From the NCBI GenBank assembly GCA_038040345.1, contig JBBPIQ010000002.1:189747-253746 (forward strand): 64,000 bases of DNA, in the 5' to 3' direction. The stretch comes from Chloroflexota bacterium. Lineage in GTDB: Bacteria; Chloroflexota; Limnocylindria; P2-11E. The notes beneath the pieces are model-generated. The model was given only the letters and a program-made list of their open reading frames with translations. It was not told the origin of the DNA and made no database searches. The first letter of the stretch is position 1, and every line of letters begins with the position of its first letter. A program made the position numbers and the translations under genes. Below are positions 40,327 through 49,486 of this stretch, in pieces.

Positions 40327-43300
40327 GCGCTCTCTGCCTTGCCTTCGAGGTCGAGCTCGGCGATGCGGCGTCGCGTGCGCTCGGCCAGATAGGTCGGGCC
40401 GTTCTCTTCGAAGACAGCGAGGGCCTCGATACATTCGTTGCGCGCCCCGGCCACGTCGCCGTGCGCCGCGAGCAAGCGCGCCGAGGCTGCGCGGATCTCC
40501 GCGCTCGCCACGGGGAGCCCCAGGCGGAACGCGTGCTCCAGACCTTCGGTCCGGCGCGCGTCGGCCATCGCGAGGTCGTCGCTCGCGCACGCGACCTCGA
40601 TGAGGGTCGCCGCGATCCCGGCGCCGCAGCGGCGGCACTCGTGTTCGATCGCGGCGGCATGGGCGGCCGCGGCGTGCTGCCCGGCATCTTCAAGCGAGCC
40701 CTGATACAGAGCCAGGCGGGCCAGCTCCGCGGCGATCCGCGGCGCGAGGTGGGCCCTCGCCGGCGAGCGCTCGGCGACGGCGCGCGCCTCCGACAGGGTC
40801 GTCGCGGCGGAGATGAAGTCGCCGCGCTCGATGGCAAGCGAGCCCAGCACGAGCAAGGTGGACGCGGGATCGGCCGGCTGTGGGCCCTGCGCGAGCGGAT
40901 CCGCGAGGCCCAGCGCGCGCCCCAGGGTGGCCTCAGCCTCGGCGAAGCGACCGAGCCCGAAGAACGCCCGACCGAGAGCGCGGAGCGCCCCCGCTTCGCC
41001 GGAGACGTTGCCCAGTCGCGATTCGGCCCCGAGGAGCTGGTGCGCCAGATCTTCGGCCTTCGCGAGCTCCCCGCGATCGAGCGCCGCGTAGGTAAGGAGC
41101 GCGAGAGCTCGGGCCAGTCCGGAGAGGTCACCGATCGCCGTGGCGTGCTCGACGCATCGCTCGGTCGCGCGGAGCGCTTCGTCCGCGGCGCCCGAGTCGG
41201 CAGCGAAGATCGCGACGGCTTCCTCCGCGGCGAGCGCGAGACCGCGATCGTTCGCGGCGAGCGCCTCTTTCACGGCGGTACGCCCGACGGCGAGAGCCTC
41301 GGCCGGTCGCTCGTCTGAACGCGCGAGGTACGCCTTGGCGAGCGTGAGCTCCGCCCGTTCGCGTCCCTCTGCAGGGGTCAGGCGATCCGCCTCGGCGAGA
41401 TGCTCGGCCGATCGCTGCGTCTCATGCGCGCGCGCCGCGAGCTCGCCGGCGCGGCGCCGAAGTGCCGCGCGCACGACATCGTCGGAAAGCGGGCCGCTGA
41501 GCGCATCCTCGGCGATCGCGAGAGCGTCCTCGTGCCCGAGCGCGCGAGCCGCATCGCACGCCTCCACGAGTGCGCGGGCGCGCTCGGATTGGCCACCGCC
41601 GGGGAGCCGCTCGGCGAGACGCGCCGCCGCGCGATAGTGATGAAGGCCATCCGCGAGCGCGTACAACGCGACGGCGCGGTCGCCCGATCGCATCGTGTAG
41701 TCGATCGCGCGGGTGACGTGCGTGGACTCGGCGAAATGATTGGCGAGAAGCTCGGGCTGCTGGACCGCGACCTCGGGCATCACGCTCTCGATCACCTGGC
41801 CGATGCGGCCGTGCAAGTCCTCGCGGTTCCGCGGTGAGATCGAGTCGTACACGAGCTCGCGCAACAGCGATTGCCGGAACCGGTAGTCGCCGTGGCTCGC
41901 GAGCTCCAACAGGCCGCGAGCGCAGAGACTCGCGAGGGCCGAATCGACATCGAGGTCCTGGCCGAACAGCGCCCGCAGCAGGCCGGGCTCGCAGGCGCGC
42001 GCAGCGACCGCGGTCGCGTGAAGCACGCGCCTTTCCGGACCGACCGCGAGCTCCGCCCGCCGCAGCAGGAGCATCGGAAGCGCATCGGGTAGCTCGCGCA
42101 TCCGGCTGACGTCGGCGAGCGGCGATGCGTCCTCGCGCACGACCACGACGCCGGTCGCGACGAGCCACCGCGCCGTCTCCTCTATATAGGTGGGGCTGCC
42201 GGCGCTTCGGGAGACGACGTCGTCCACGGCCTCCTGCGGGAGCGCGCTCGCCGGGAGAAGGGCCTGAAGGAGAGCGGCGCTCGAACCGCGGTCGAGCGGT
42301 GTGAGCCGGATCTGCACGTGGCCGCGGCTCGTCGACCAGGGTGGATTCAGCTCCGGGCGATACGTCGTCACGAACAGCGCCGCGGTGCTTGCGAGCGCAG
42401 GCGCAAGCGCGGCCAGGAGCTCCTGCGACGCCGCGTCGGCCCACTGCACGTCGGACAGCGCGAGGATGACCGGCTGCGTGCGAGCGACGCGAAGGATGAG
42501 ATCGCGGATCGCGCGGTCAAGGAGCTTGCGGCGCGTCTCGCCAGAGAGCGGCGGCAGCGTGAGGCTGTAACCGAGAGCGGCGAGCACGAGCTTCGCGGCC
42601 TCGGGCTCCATGCTGGGGACCGTTTCGGTGAGCATGCGGTGCGCGATCTCTGTCGGCGCGTTCGTGCCGATCGCGAGCGCTCGCCTGAGGAGGTCGGAGA
42701 TCGCGCCGTATGCGCGGTGCGCGTCGTATGGCGAGCATCGTGCCCGAGCGACGCGCGCGCCAAGCGCACGCGGATCGGCGAGCAGCTCGTCAACCAGCCG
42801 CGTCTTCCCGAGCCCGGCCTCGCCCACGATCGAGACGATGTGGCCCTTTCCGGCGAGCGCCTCATCGAGTGCGCCCAAGAGCAGCCCCATCTCCTGATCG
42901 CGACCGATCAGCGGAGCGCGGCCGCGGTCGGTCGCGGCGGTCTCGACACGAAGGAGCCGCCACGCGACGAGGGGCGCGCTCTTGCCTTTGGCGGCGACGG
43001 GCGGGTGCGGCTCGTAGGCGAAGAGACCCGGAGCAAGACGGTATGTGGCATCGCCGACGAGGACCTCGCCCGGCTCCGCCGCCTGCTCGAGCCGCGCGGC
43101 GACGTTTACGGCGTCGCCGAGCACGCCGAACTCGCTCTCCTTGTCGCCGACCGCCCCCGCGACCGCGAGGCCGGTGTTTATCCCGATTCGCAGCGCGAGG
43201 TTGCGACCGGTGCGCTCGGCGATGCGCTCGTTCTCGCGATCCAGCGCGCCGAGGATCGCGAGGGCGGACCGTTGCGCGCGTGCCGGATGATCGACCTCGT

Positions 43301-43607
43301 TGTCTACCGCGCCGAACACCGCGACGACGGCGTCCCCGATGTACTTCTCGATGAGGCCGCCGGACGCCCTGATCTCCACGGCGATCGCGTCCCACGCGGC
43401 GCGCATGTTCTCGTGGAGCTCTTCCGGATCGAGGCGCTCCGCAAGCGCGGTGAACCCGGAGATGTCCGCGAAGAGGACCGTGACCTGCTTCGTCTCGCCC
43501 TCGACGGGCGCGCGCGCGAGAAGCCGCGCGCCGCATTTTCCACAGAAGCTGTACGCAACAGGCATCTCCGTCGCGCACTTCGGACAGGTGATCGTCGCTC
43601 CCCGCAT
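40323..43607 (-). CDS. zinc-ribbon / class III adenylate-guanylate cyclase / STAND-type ATPase / TPR protein
   Basis: CPKC...CGKC ribbon; VTVLFADISGFT...YIGDAVVAVFG cyclase motifs; Walker A GEAGLGKT; long alpha-helical repeat C-terminus. Confidence 0.75.
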   Translation of the reverse strand: MRGATITCPKCATEMPVAYSFCGKCGARLLARAPVEGETKQVTVLFADISGFTALAERLDPEELHENMRAAWDAIAVEIRASGGLIEKYIGDAVVAVFGAVDNEVDHPARAQRSALAILGALDRENERIAERTGRNLALRIGINTGLAVAGAVGDKESEFGVLGDAVNVAARLEQAAEPGEVLVGDATYRLAPGLFAYEPHPPVAAKGKSAPLVAWRLLRVETAATDRGRAPLIGRDQEMGLLLGALDEALAGKGHIVSIVGEAGLGKTRLVDELLADPRALGARVARARCSPYDAHRAYGAISDLLRRALAIGTNAPTEIAHRMLTETVPSMEPEAAKLVLAALGYSLTLPPLSGETRRKLLDRAIRDLILRVARTQPVILALSDVQWADAASQELLAALAPALASTAALFVTTYRPELNPPWSTSRGHVQIRLTPLDRGSSAALLQALLPASALPQEAVDDVVSRSAGSPTYIEETARWLVATGVVVVREDASPLADVSRMRELPDALPMLLLRRAELAVGPERRVLHATAVAARACEPGLLRALFGQDLDVDSALASLCARGLLELASHGDYRFRQSLLRELVYDSISPRNREDLHGRIGQVIESVMPEVAVQQPELLANHFAESTHVTRAIDYTMRSGDRAVALYALADGLHHYRAAARLAERLPGGGQSERARALVEACDAARALGHEDALAIAEDALSGPLSDDVVRAALRRRAGELAARAHETQRSAEHLAEADRLTPAEGRERAELTLAKAYLARSDERPAEALAVGRTAVKEALAANDRGLALAAEEAVAIFAADSGAADEALRATERCVEHATAIGDLSGLARALALLTYAALDRGELAKAEDLAHQLLGAESRLGNVSGEAGALRALGRAFFGLGRFAEAEATLGRALGLADPLAQGPQPADPASTLLVLGSLAIERGDFISAATTLSEARAVAERSPARAHLAPRIAAELARLALYQGSLEDAGQHAAAAHAAAIEHECRRCGAGIAATLIEVACASDDLAMADARRTEGLEHAFRLGLPVASAEIRAASARLLAAHGDVAGARNECIEALAVFEENGPTYLAERTRRRIAELDLEGKAESA

Positions 43608-43696
43608 CGGCCAACCGAGGTTACGTCGGGGGACCTGTCATCCGGGTGTCGGCGAGGTGTGTTAGCAAGTCACCCGTTCAGGTGACTTTCGGCCTA

Positions 43697-45037
43697 ATGG
43701 ACGAGCGCTGGCGCGGGCTCACCGTGGGCCTCGTTCTCAACGTGACGTTCGTCGCGTTCGAAGCGCTCGCGATCGCGACGATCATGCCGCTCGTCGCCGA
43801 CGACCTCGGCGGCATCGAGCTGTACGGATGGGTCTTCAGCGCTTTCCTTCTCGCGAATCTCGTCGGGATCGTTGTGGCCGGCGAATTCGCCGACCGCTTT
43901 GGTCCGGCGATTCCATTCGGCGCCGGCCTCGCTCTATTCGCGCTCGGCCTTCTCATCGGTGGCCTTGCGCCATCGATGCCTGTGCTCGTGGCGGCTCGTG
44001 CGGTGCAGGGACTCGGCGCCGGCGCGATACCCGCCGTCGCTTACCTGGTGATCGGCCGCACGTATCCAGATGCGCTCCGGCCGCGCATGTTCGCGATCCT
44101 CTCGACGGCCTGGGTCGTTCCCGGCATCGCCGGCCCGGCCCTCGCCGCGTTCGTCGCGGACCACATCGGCTGGCGCTCCGTGTTCCTTGGTCTCCTGCCA
44201 CTCGTGATCGTCGCCGGATCGCTCGCGCTGCGCGAGCTGCGCACCGTTCCGGGCAATCCCGATCGCGCGGCTCGGGGCGTGCTCGTCGATGCGGTCCGCG
44301 TCGCGTCAGGAGCGGGGCTCGCGCTCGCAGGCCTTCAGGCCCGCGACATCCTCATAACGCCCGCGCTCCTCGCGATCGGACTTCTGGCCGGTCTCCCAGC
44401 GCTGCGAAAACTCCTGCCGCGCGGCACGTTCACAGCGCAGGGCCCATTGCCCGCGGCGGTGCTTTTAAAGGGGATCCTCACATTCGCATTCTTCGCGGCG
44501 GATGTGTTCGTGCCGCTCACCGTGACAACCATCCGCGGCGAGAGCGTCGTCCTCTCGGGGCTCGCGCTCACCGGCGGCACGATCGCCTGGACCACGGGCG
44601 CGTGGATCCAGGAGCGGACGGTCTTGCGCGTTGGCGAGGCTCCGCTCGTGCGGAACGGCTTTCTCCTGATCGCGATCGGGATCGCCGGGATGGGTGTCGT
44701 GCTGGCGGGCGCGGTGCCCGCGTGGCTCTGCGTCCCGGTGTGGGGCATCGCCGGTCTCGGGATCGGGATGGCATACAGCTCGATCTCGCTCACCGTGTTG
44801 CGCCACGCCCCCTCGGGCAGCGAAGGCGCGAGCGCCGCGGCGATGCAGCTCGCGGACGTTCTCGGGAACGCGCTCGGCACCGGCATCGGCGCGGTCGCGG
44901 TCGCCGCCGCGGTCGCCGGACTGGGCAGCGCTGTCGTCGGAGTTGCGATCACCGACGCCATGGCCTGCGCCGTCGCGATCGCAGGCGTGTTCGTCGCTTC
45001 AAGGCTCCGTTCGCCCGACGCCGCGCCCTCGATGTAG
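43697..45037 (+). CDS. MFS transporter
   Basis: about 12 TM helices; GEFADRFGP and LGLLIGGLAP loops; start taken at MDERWRGL. Confidence 0.7.
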   Translation: MDERWRGLTVGLVLNVTFVAFEALAIATIMPLVADDLGGIELYGWVFSAFLLANLVGIVVAGEFADRFGPAIPFGAGLALFALGLLIGGLAPSMPVLVAARAVQGLGAGAIPAVAYLVIGRTYPDALRPRMFAILSTAWVVPGIAGPALAAFVADHIGWRSVFLGLLPLVIVAGSLALRELRTVPGNPDRAARGVLVDAVRVASGAGLALAGLQARDILITPALLAIGLLAGLPALRKLLPRGTFTAQGPLPAAVLLKGILTFAFFAADVFVPLTVTTIRGESVVLSGLALTGGTIAWTTGAWIQERTVLRVGEAPLVRNGFLLIAIGIAGMGVVLAGAVPAWLCVPVWGIAGLGIGMAYSSISLTVLRHAPSGSEGASAAAMQLADVLGNALGTGIGAVAVAAAVAGLGSAVVGVAITDAMACAVAIAGVFVASRLRSPDAAPSM

Positions 45038-45583
45038 AGCCCATCGGGTAGCGACCAGGAGCAGCGCGGTGTAGCCGACGGTCGCCACGACCAAGACCGC
45101 CTTTAGATCCGAGACGTCTGCGCCTGTTTGGTCCCGCATGAACCAGATGACGGCCTGGTAGTCCGTGTACGCGCTTTCTGCTCCGCGGGGCAGCGTCTCG
45201 GGCACTTTGGCCTGAAGACCTTGCACGAGCTGGAGGATGAGATCGCCTGACCACGCGATGCCGATCGCCGATAGGAGCATCCACCGCTTCAGCCCGGCCC
45301 GCTCGCCACTTGCGAGCAAAAGAATGGCAAACCAGCAAAGCAGTTGGGTGAAGACGACCCCGCCGAAGTTGACGAGTACGTTCGCAATGTCTCCCAGTCG
45401 GGATGAGTCGTACAAGTTGCAGCCCATACAGGCGCTTTGTCCCTGCGCCTGATAGAGCACGTAATGAGCGGAATCATCGCCAAGTAGCTTCGCGAATATG
45501 GTGTGTCCGATCTCGTGGACGTTGACCATGACGAAGAGGAACGCAAGCCCGAACACAAGCCACCGGAAAAATGCCGCGATCAC
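44999..45583 (-). CDS. membrane protein with HExxH motif (putative zinc metalloprotease)
   Basis: VNVHEIGHTIFAKLLGDD within a hydrophobic 194-aa protein; convergent overlap with the MFS gene. Confidence 0.45.
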   Translation of the reverse strand: MIAAFFRWLVFGLAFLFVMVNVHEIGHTIFAKLLGDDSAHYVLYQAQGQSACMGCNLYDSSRLGDIANVLVNFGGVVFTQLLCWFAILLLASGERAGLKRWMLLSAIGIAWSGDLILQLVQGLQAKVPETLPRGAESAYTDYQAVIWFMRDQTGADVSDLKAVLVVATVGYTALLLVATRWALHRGRGVGRTEP

Positions 45584-45607
45584 GACGGGAACCCTACTCT
45601 GTGAGTT

Positions 45608-46061
45608 ATGGCCGAGATTCGTATCGTGCGCGCCGGGCGCAACGAGCTCGATGACCTCGCTCCGCTCTTCGATGGCTACCGTCAGTTCTACGGACAGCGG
45701 TCGGACCTCGCCGCCACGCGCGCGTTCCTCGGCGATCGGATCGAGCGCGACGAGTCCGTGACCTATGTGGCGTACACGGGTTCACGAGAGCCGGTCGGGC
45801 TTCACCCAGCTCTACCCATCGTTCTCGTCCGTCTCACTCAAGCGCCTCTGGATCTTGAACGACCTCTTCGTTCGCTCCGACATTCGACGTGGCGGGGTCG
45901 GGCGAGCGTTGCTCGAGCGAGCGAGGCGCCACGCGGTCGACACGGGCGCCAAGGGCCTCGTTCTCAACACTGGGGTAACGAACACGCCCGCGCAGACCTT
46001 GTACGAATCTTGCGGCTGGAAGAAGGACGACGAATTCTTCCAGTACCACCTGTTCCTCTGA
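45608..46061 (+). pseudogene. GNAT acetyltransferase with +1 frameshift
   Basis: N-terminal part in ORF 45608..46069 and C-terminal GNAT core (GVGRALLERARRHAV...GW) in ORF 45765..46061 join if one G is removed from the GGG run at about 45797-45799. Confidence 0.55.
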
Positions 46062-46091
46062 GCCGATAGCTCTTCCTCGGCCCACGGGCGC

Positions 46092-46128
46092 ACTTGACAG
46101 CTGGCCTGTAAGCCTGTAGTAAACCAAG
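46092..46128 (+). promoter_or_regulatory. sigma-70-like promoter upstream of arsR-like gene
   Basis: TTGACA, 17-nt spacer, TAGTAA in an AT-rich island. Confidence 0.35.
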
Positions 46129-46159
46129 TAGTTATTTAACCGGAAGGTACAATAGATAG

Positions 46160-46510
46160 ATGGCGACCGACCACCTCAGCGCGACGTTCGCGGCCATCGC
46201 CGACCCGACGAGGCGGGCGATCCTCGCGCGCCTGGCGTCGGGAGAGGCCTCGGTCACGGAGCTCGCGAAGCCGTTCGACATGACGCTTCCCGCGGTCTCG
46301 AAGCATCTCAAGGTGCTCGAAAACGCGGAGCTGATCTCGCGCGGACGGGACGCCCAGTGGCGCCCGGCGCGGCTCGAGGCGGCGCGTCTGCATGAGGCCG
46401 CGAAATGGATGGAGCGCTACCGGATCTTCTGGGAGCAGAGCCTCGATCGCCTCGACCAGCATCTGCGTGAACTACAAGGGGAGGACAAGAAGCATGGCCG
46501 CAAGAAATAG
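46160..46510 (+). CDS. ArsR/SmtB family transcriptional regulator
   Basis: FAAIADPTRRAILARLASGEASVTELAKPFDMTLPAVSKHLKVLENAELI wHTH. Confidence 0.8.
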   Translation: MATDHLSATFAAIADPTRRAILARLASGEASVTELAKPFDMTLPAVSKHLKVLENAELISRGRDAQWRPARLEAARLHEAAKWMERYRIFWEQSLDRLDQHLRELQGEDKKHGRKK

Positions 46511-46994
46511 CGTGAGCGCGCCGGAGCGGACCGTCGTCACGACCCGGGTCTTCGATGCGCCGCGCGAGATGGTCTACAAAGCCTGGACCGATCCGAAGCA
46601 GCTCGCGCAGTGGTTCCCGCCAAAGGACTTCACCTCGCCGCGGTGCGAGGTCGACGCGCGGCCGGGTGGCATCTTCCGCGTCGACATGAAGGGACCGGAC
46701 GGGCCGCCGTTCAACGGCGAGGTACTTCCCGGCAAGGGCATCTTCCGCGAGGTCGTGCCGAACGAACGCCTGGTATTCACGTTCGGCGGCGAGGAAGGCG
46801 CGCCGCCCCCGCCGATCCTCGTCACCGTTCTCTTCGAGGCGCAGGGCAACAAGACCAAGCTGACTATCCACCAGACCGCCGAGACGGTCGCCGAGTACGA
46901 GTCGCTCATCAAGCTTGGCGTGACCGAGGGCCTGCGACAGAGCTTCGATAAGCTGGACGAGCTCCTCGCTCGCCGTAAAGGACAAGCGCGGTGA
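46494..46994 (+). CDS. SRPBCC (AHSA1-like) family protein
   Basis: RVFDAPREMVYKAWTDPKQLAQWF...; start at internal ATG of ORF 46392..46994. Confidence 0.7.
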   Translation: MAARNSVSAPERTVVTTRVFDAPREMVYKAWTDPKQLAQWFPPKDFTSPRCEVDARPGGIFRVDMKGPDGPPFNGEVLPGKGIFREVVPNERLVFTFGGEEGAPPPPILVTVLFEAQGNKTKLTIHQTAETVAEYESLIKLGVTEGLRQSFDKLDELLARRKGQAR

Positions 46995-47128
46995 GCACGA
47001 CGAATCGAATCCTCACTTTGACCCGCGTGTTCGACGCGCCGCGGGAACTTGTATGGAAGGCCTACACCGACCCAAAGCACATCGTGAAGTGGGCGTTCTC
47101 CAGGCGTAGTCGCGTAGAGTCCGCGTAG
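46991..47128 (+). pseudogene. truncated second SRPBCC gene (N-terminal about 36 codons only)
   Basis: VSTTNRILTLTRVFDAPRELVWKAYTDPKHIVKWA, then an unrelated tail and stop. Confidence 0.4.
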
Positions 47129-47147
47129 CACGTGGGGGAGCAGACGA

Positions 47148-47540
47148 ATGGCCGCACCGAAGACCGCCGCCAAGAAGCCCGCGGCAAAGAAGACCGGCGC
47201 GGGCGTGGACGATCGCTATTTCGCTGAGCAGCCCGCCGACAAGGCGGCGTTGCTCGAGAAGCTGCGCGCCCTCGTGAACAAGGGAGTGCCCGACGCGGAC
47301 GTCTCGATCAAGTGGGGCGTGCCGTTCTACCAAATGAATGGAAAGAACATCTGCGCGCTCGCCTCATTCAAGGACCACGTCGGCATCAACTTCTTCGCGC
47401 CGCCGAGCGCGTTCGTCGATCCAGGCAAGAAGCTCGAGGGCAGCGGCAAGGGCAATCGAATGCTCAAGGTCCGCACCGCCGCCGATGTCGACAGCGCCAG
47501 CATTCTTCGTTGGCTCAAGGCGGTCGTCGCTGCGAACTAG
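47148..47540 (+). CDS. DUF1801 (YdhG-like) domain protein
   Basis: Lys-rich N-terminus; WGVPFYQMNGKNICALASFKDHVGINFF. Confidence 0.6.
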   Translation: MAAPKTAAKKPAAKKTGAGVDDRYFAEQPADKAALLEKLRALVNKGVPDADVSIKWGVPFYQMNGKNICALASFKDHVGINFFAPPSAFVDPGKKLEGSGKGNRMLKVRTAADVDSASILRWLKAVVAAN

Positions 47541-47585
47541 GACTAGGCTTCACGTAGCGACCAAACCAACTCAGGGGGAGACAAC

Positions 47586-47996
47586 ATGAACCTCAATGGC
47601 CTACTCATCGGAACAGAGAACCCGGACCGACTCAGGGACTACTACACCAAGCTCTTCGGCAAGCCCAACTGGGACGAGGGCGGCTACTTCGGATGGCAGA
47701 TCGGTAGTGGCTCGATGACCGTCGGGCCGCACGACCAGGTCAAGGGAAAGAACACCACGCCAGGTCGGCTGATCTGGAACATCACCGCGGCCGACGTCAA
47801 GGCAGAGTTCGAAAAACTGAAGGCCGCGGGCGCCACCGTCGTGAAGGAGCCCTACCAGATGGATGAGGCTCCTGGGCAGCAGATGTGGATCTCGACGTTC
47901 GCCGACCCGGACAACAACTATTTCCAGCTCATGACCCCGATGGAGATGCCGACGGAGGCTGACCGACCGGTGGCCGATATCGGAGCGCGTTCCTAA
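47586..47996 (+). CDS. VOC (glyoxalase/bleomycin-resistance fold) family protein
   Basis: 136 aa, typical small VOC architecture. Confidence 0.55.
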   Translation: MNLNGLLIGTENPDRLRDYYTKLFGKPNWDEGGYFGWQIGSGSMTVGPHDQVKGKNTTPGRLIWNITAADVKAEFEKLKAAGATVVKEPYQMDEAPGQQMWISTFADPDNNYFQLMTPMEMPTEADRPVADIGARS

Positions 47997-48011
47997 GGCC
48001 GGGCTCTTCGC

Positions 48012-48392
48012 CTAGCGGGTCTTTTCGATCTCGGCGACGCGGGCTCTTACGATCTTCGTCACGAGCCCGTACGGAAGCGGCTTGTTTGCGGGAAACTGAA
48101 GTGTGCCTTTGCTCTGCACGTAGGCCGTGAGTTCGTCGGCGTGCGCGTCGATGAACTTGCGGCTGGTGCCGTACAGGGCGGTGTGAGCCTTCCAATAGGC
48201 GAAGTACGCAACTCGTTTCCCGTCTTGCTTGAACCCCGCCATCCCGTAGCTGACGATCTCGGTCGCCTTCGGCGCGGCTGCCTTGATCGTCTGGCGCAGC
48301 TTCGTCAGTGCGGCGCGCCTGTCCTTCGGTGCGGACGCGATGTAGTCATCGACGGTCTTCGAGGGTTTCGTGGTGACCTTCCGTATCGGCAT
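48012..48392 (-). CDS. DUF1801 domain protein
   Basis: VAYFAYWKAHTALYG; real start at internal ATG of ORF 48012..48677. Confidence 0.55.
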   Translation of the reverse strand: MPIRKVTTKPSKTVDDYIASAPKDRRAALTKLRQTIKAAAPKATEIVSYGMAGFKQDGKRVAYFAYWKAHTALYGTSRKFIDAHADELTAYVQSKGTLQFPANKPLPYGLVTKIVRARVAEIEKTR

Positions 48393-48394
48393 TT

Positions 48395-48736
48395 CTAGAC
48401 CGCCGGCCCCGAGTGCTCGATCCAATACACCATTGCGAACACAACGGCGGCCGCGAAAACCTGCAGCGCGAGCACTGGGAGCGCCGCTCGTGGCGCGCGC
48501 GGGAGCCAGGTCAGCGCGAAATACCCCATCACCGCCAGTTGCACCGGCATGAGGAGCTGGAAGAGGTGCGCCTCGGTGCCCTCGTCGGCCTGGCGGACCA
48601 GCCCATTCGTGGCGACGAATCGCACACCTAGGACCAGCAGCAAAACGGGAATCGCGATCGGCAGCCAACCGCTCCAATGCGTTAGCGGTGAGGTTCGTGG
48701 ACTCGTGGTGGTCGCCATTGGCGAAATGCTACCCAC
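48395..48736 (-). CDS. small membrane protein
   Basis: 113 aa with three hydrophobic helices. Confidence 0.3.
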   Translation of the reverse strand: MGSISPMATTTSPRTSPLTHWSGWLPIAIPVLLLVLGVRFVATNGLVRQADEGTEAHLFQLLMPVQLAVMGYFALTWLPRAPRAALPVLALQVFAAAVVFAMVYWIEHSGPAV

Positions 48737-48748
48737 GACGCGACGACT

Positions 48749-49120
48749 TCATGATCCTCTGAAGCGATCGAGCTCGCGGCGCTCGCGCTTTGTCGGACGG
48801 CCGCTGCCCGGCTCTCGTACGGCTACGCGTGGCTGTCGCTTGACCACCGGCGCAGGCGGGCTGTGGTCGACCATGCACTTCGCCGCCGCCGGCGCCCCAA
48901 CGCGCTTTTCGATGATGACCACGACCTCGAGAATGCGGGGACGCCCGACGAACGCGTCGATGCGGTCGCCGACCTTCACCTGCGTCGACGCCTTGGCCGC
49001 ACCGCTGTTCACGCGCACATGGCCGCCACGGCAGGCGGCCGTCGCTTCCGACCGAGACTTATAGATCCGGACGGCCCACAGCCAGATGTCTACCCGGGTT
49101 TTTTCTGTGCCTGTGACCAT
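48749..49120 (-). CDS. S4-domain RNA-binding protein (Hsp15/HslR-like)
   Basis: RVDIWLWAVRIYKSRSEATAACRGGHVRVNSGAAKASTQVKVGDRI; basic C-terminal tail. Confidence 0.55.
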   Translation of the reverse strand: MVTGTEKTRVDIWLWAVRIYKSRSEATAACRGGHVRVNSGAAKASTQVKVGDRIDAFVGRPRILEVVVIIEKRVGAPAAAKCMVDHSPPAPVVKRQPRVAVREPGSGRPTKRERRELDRFRGS

Positions 49121-49486
49121 CAAGGCTCCGAGAGCGAACGTTAACGACTGGCACAAGCCTCGGTGCATCGCGACCGTCCCGGGCGCGGGCGACCGATTTG
49201 TCTCCGATTTCGACACCGAAGACACCTAGGCTCGTTTAGCGGCACCTCTCAGCGCATCGGACCCAAAGATAGGCCCGGTTTGTTTCCTGGGTTACGAAAT
49301 CGTCATCGGGGTGTGGCTCCGATTCGCGCATGATTCGGTTCGTGGCGCGACGTTGGTCGGTGCCACCTGCACGGCGATCTGATCGCTGACGCCAGGGGGG
49401 GCGGCGCGATCGTCTACACGGCGCAAAGAGCGTCGGAGCGCGCGGATACGACAAGACGAAGAAGATTTGAAAGAAGGCACCTCTCA

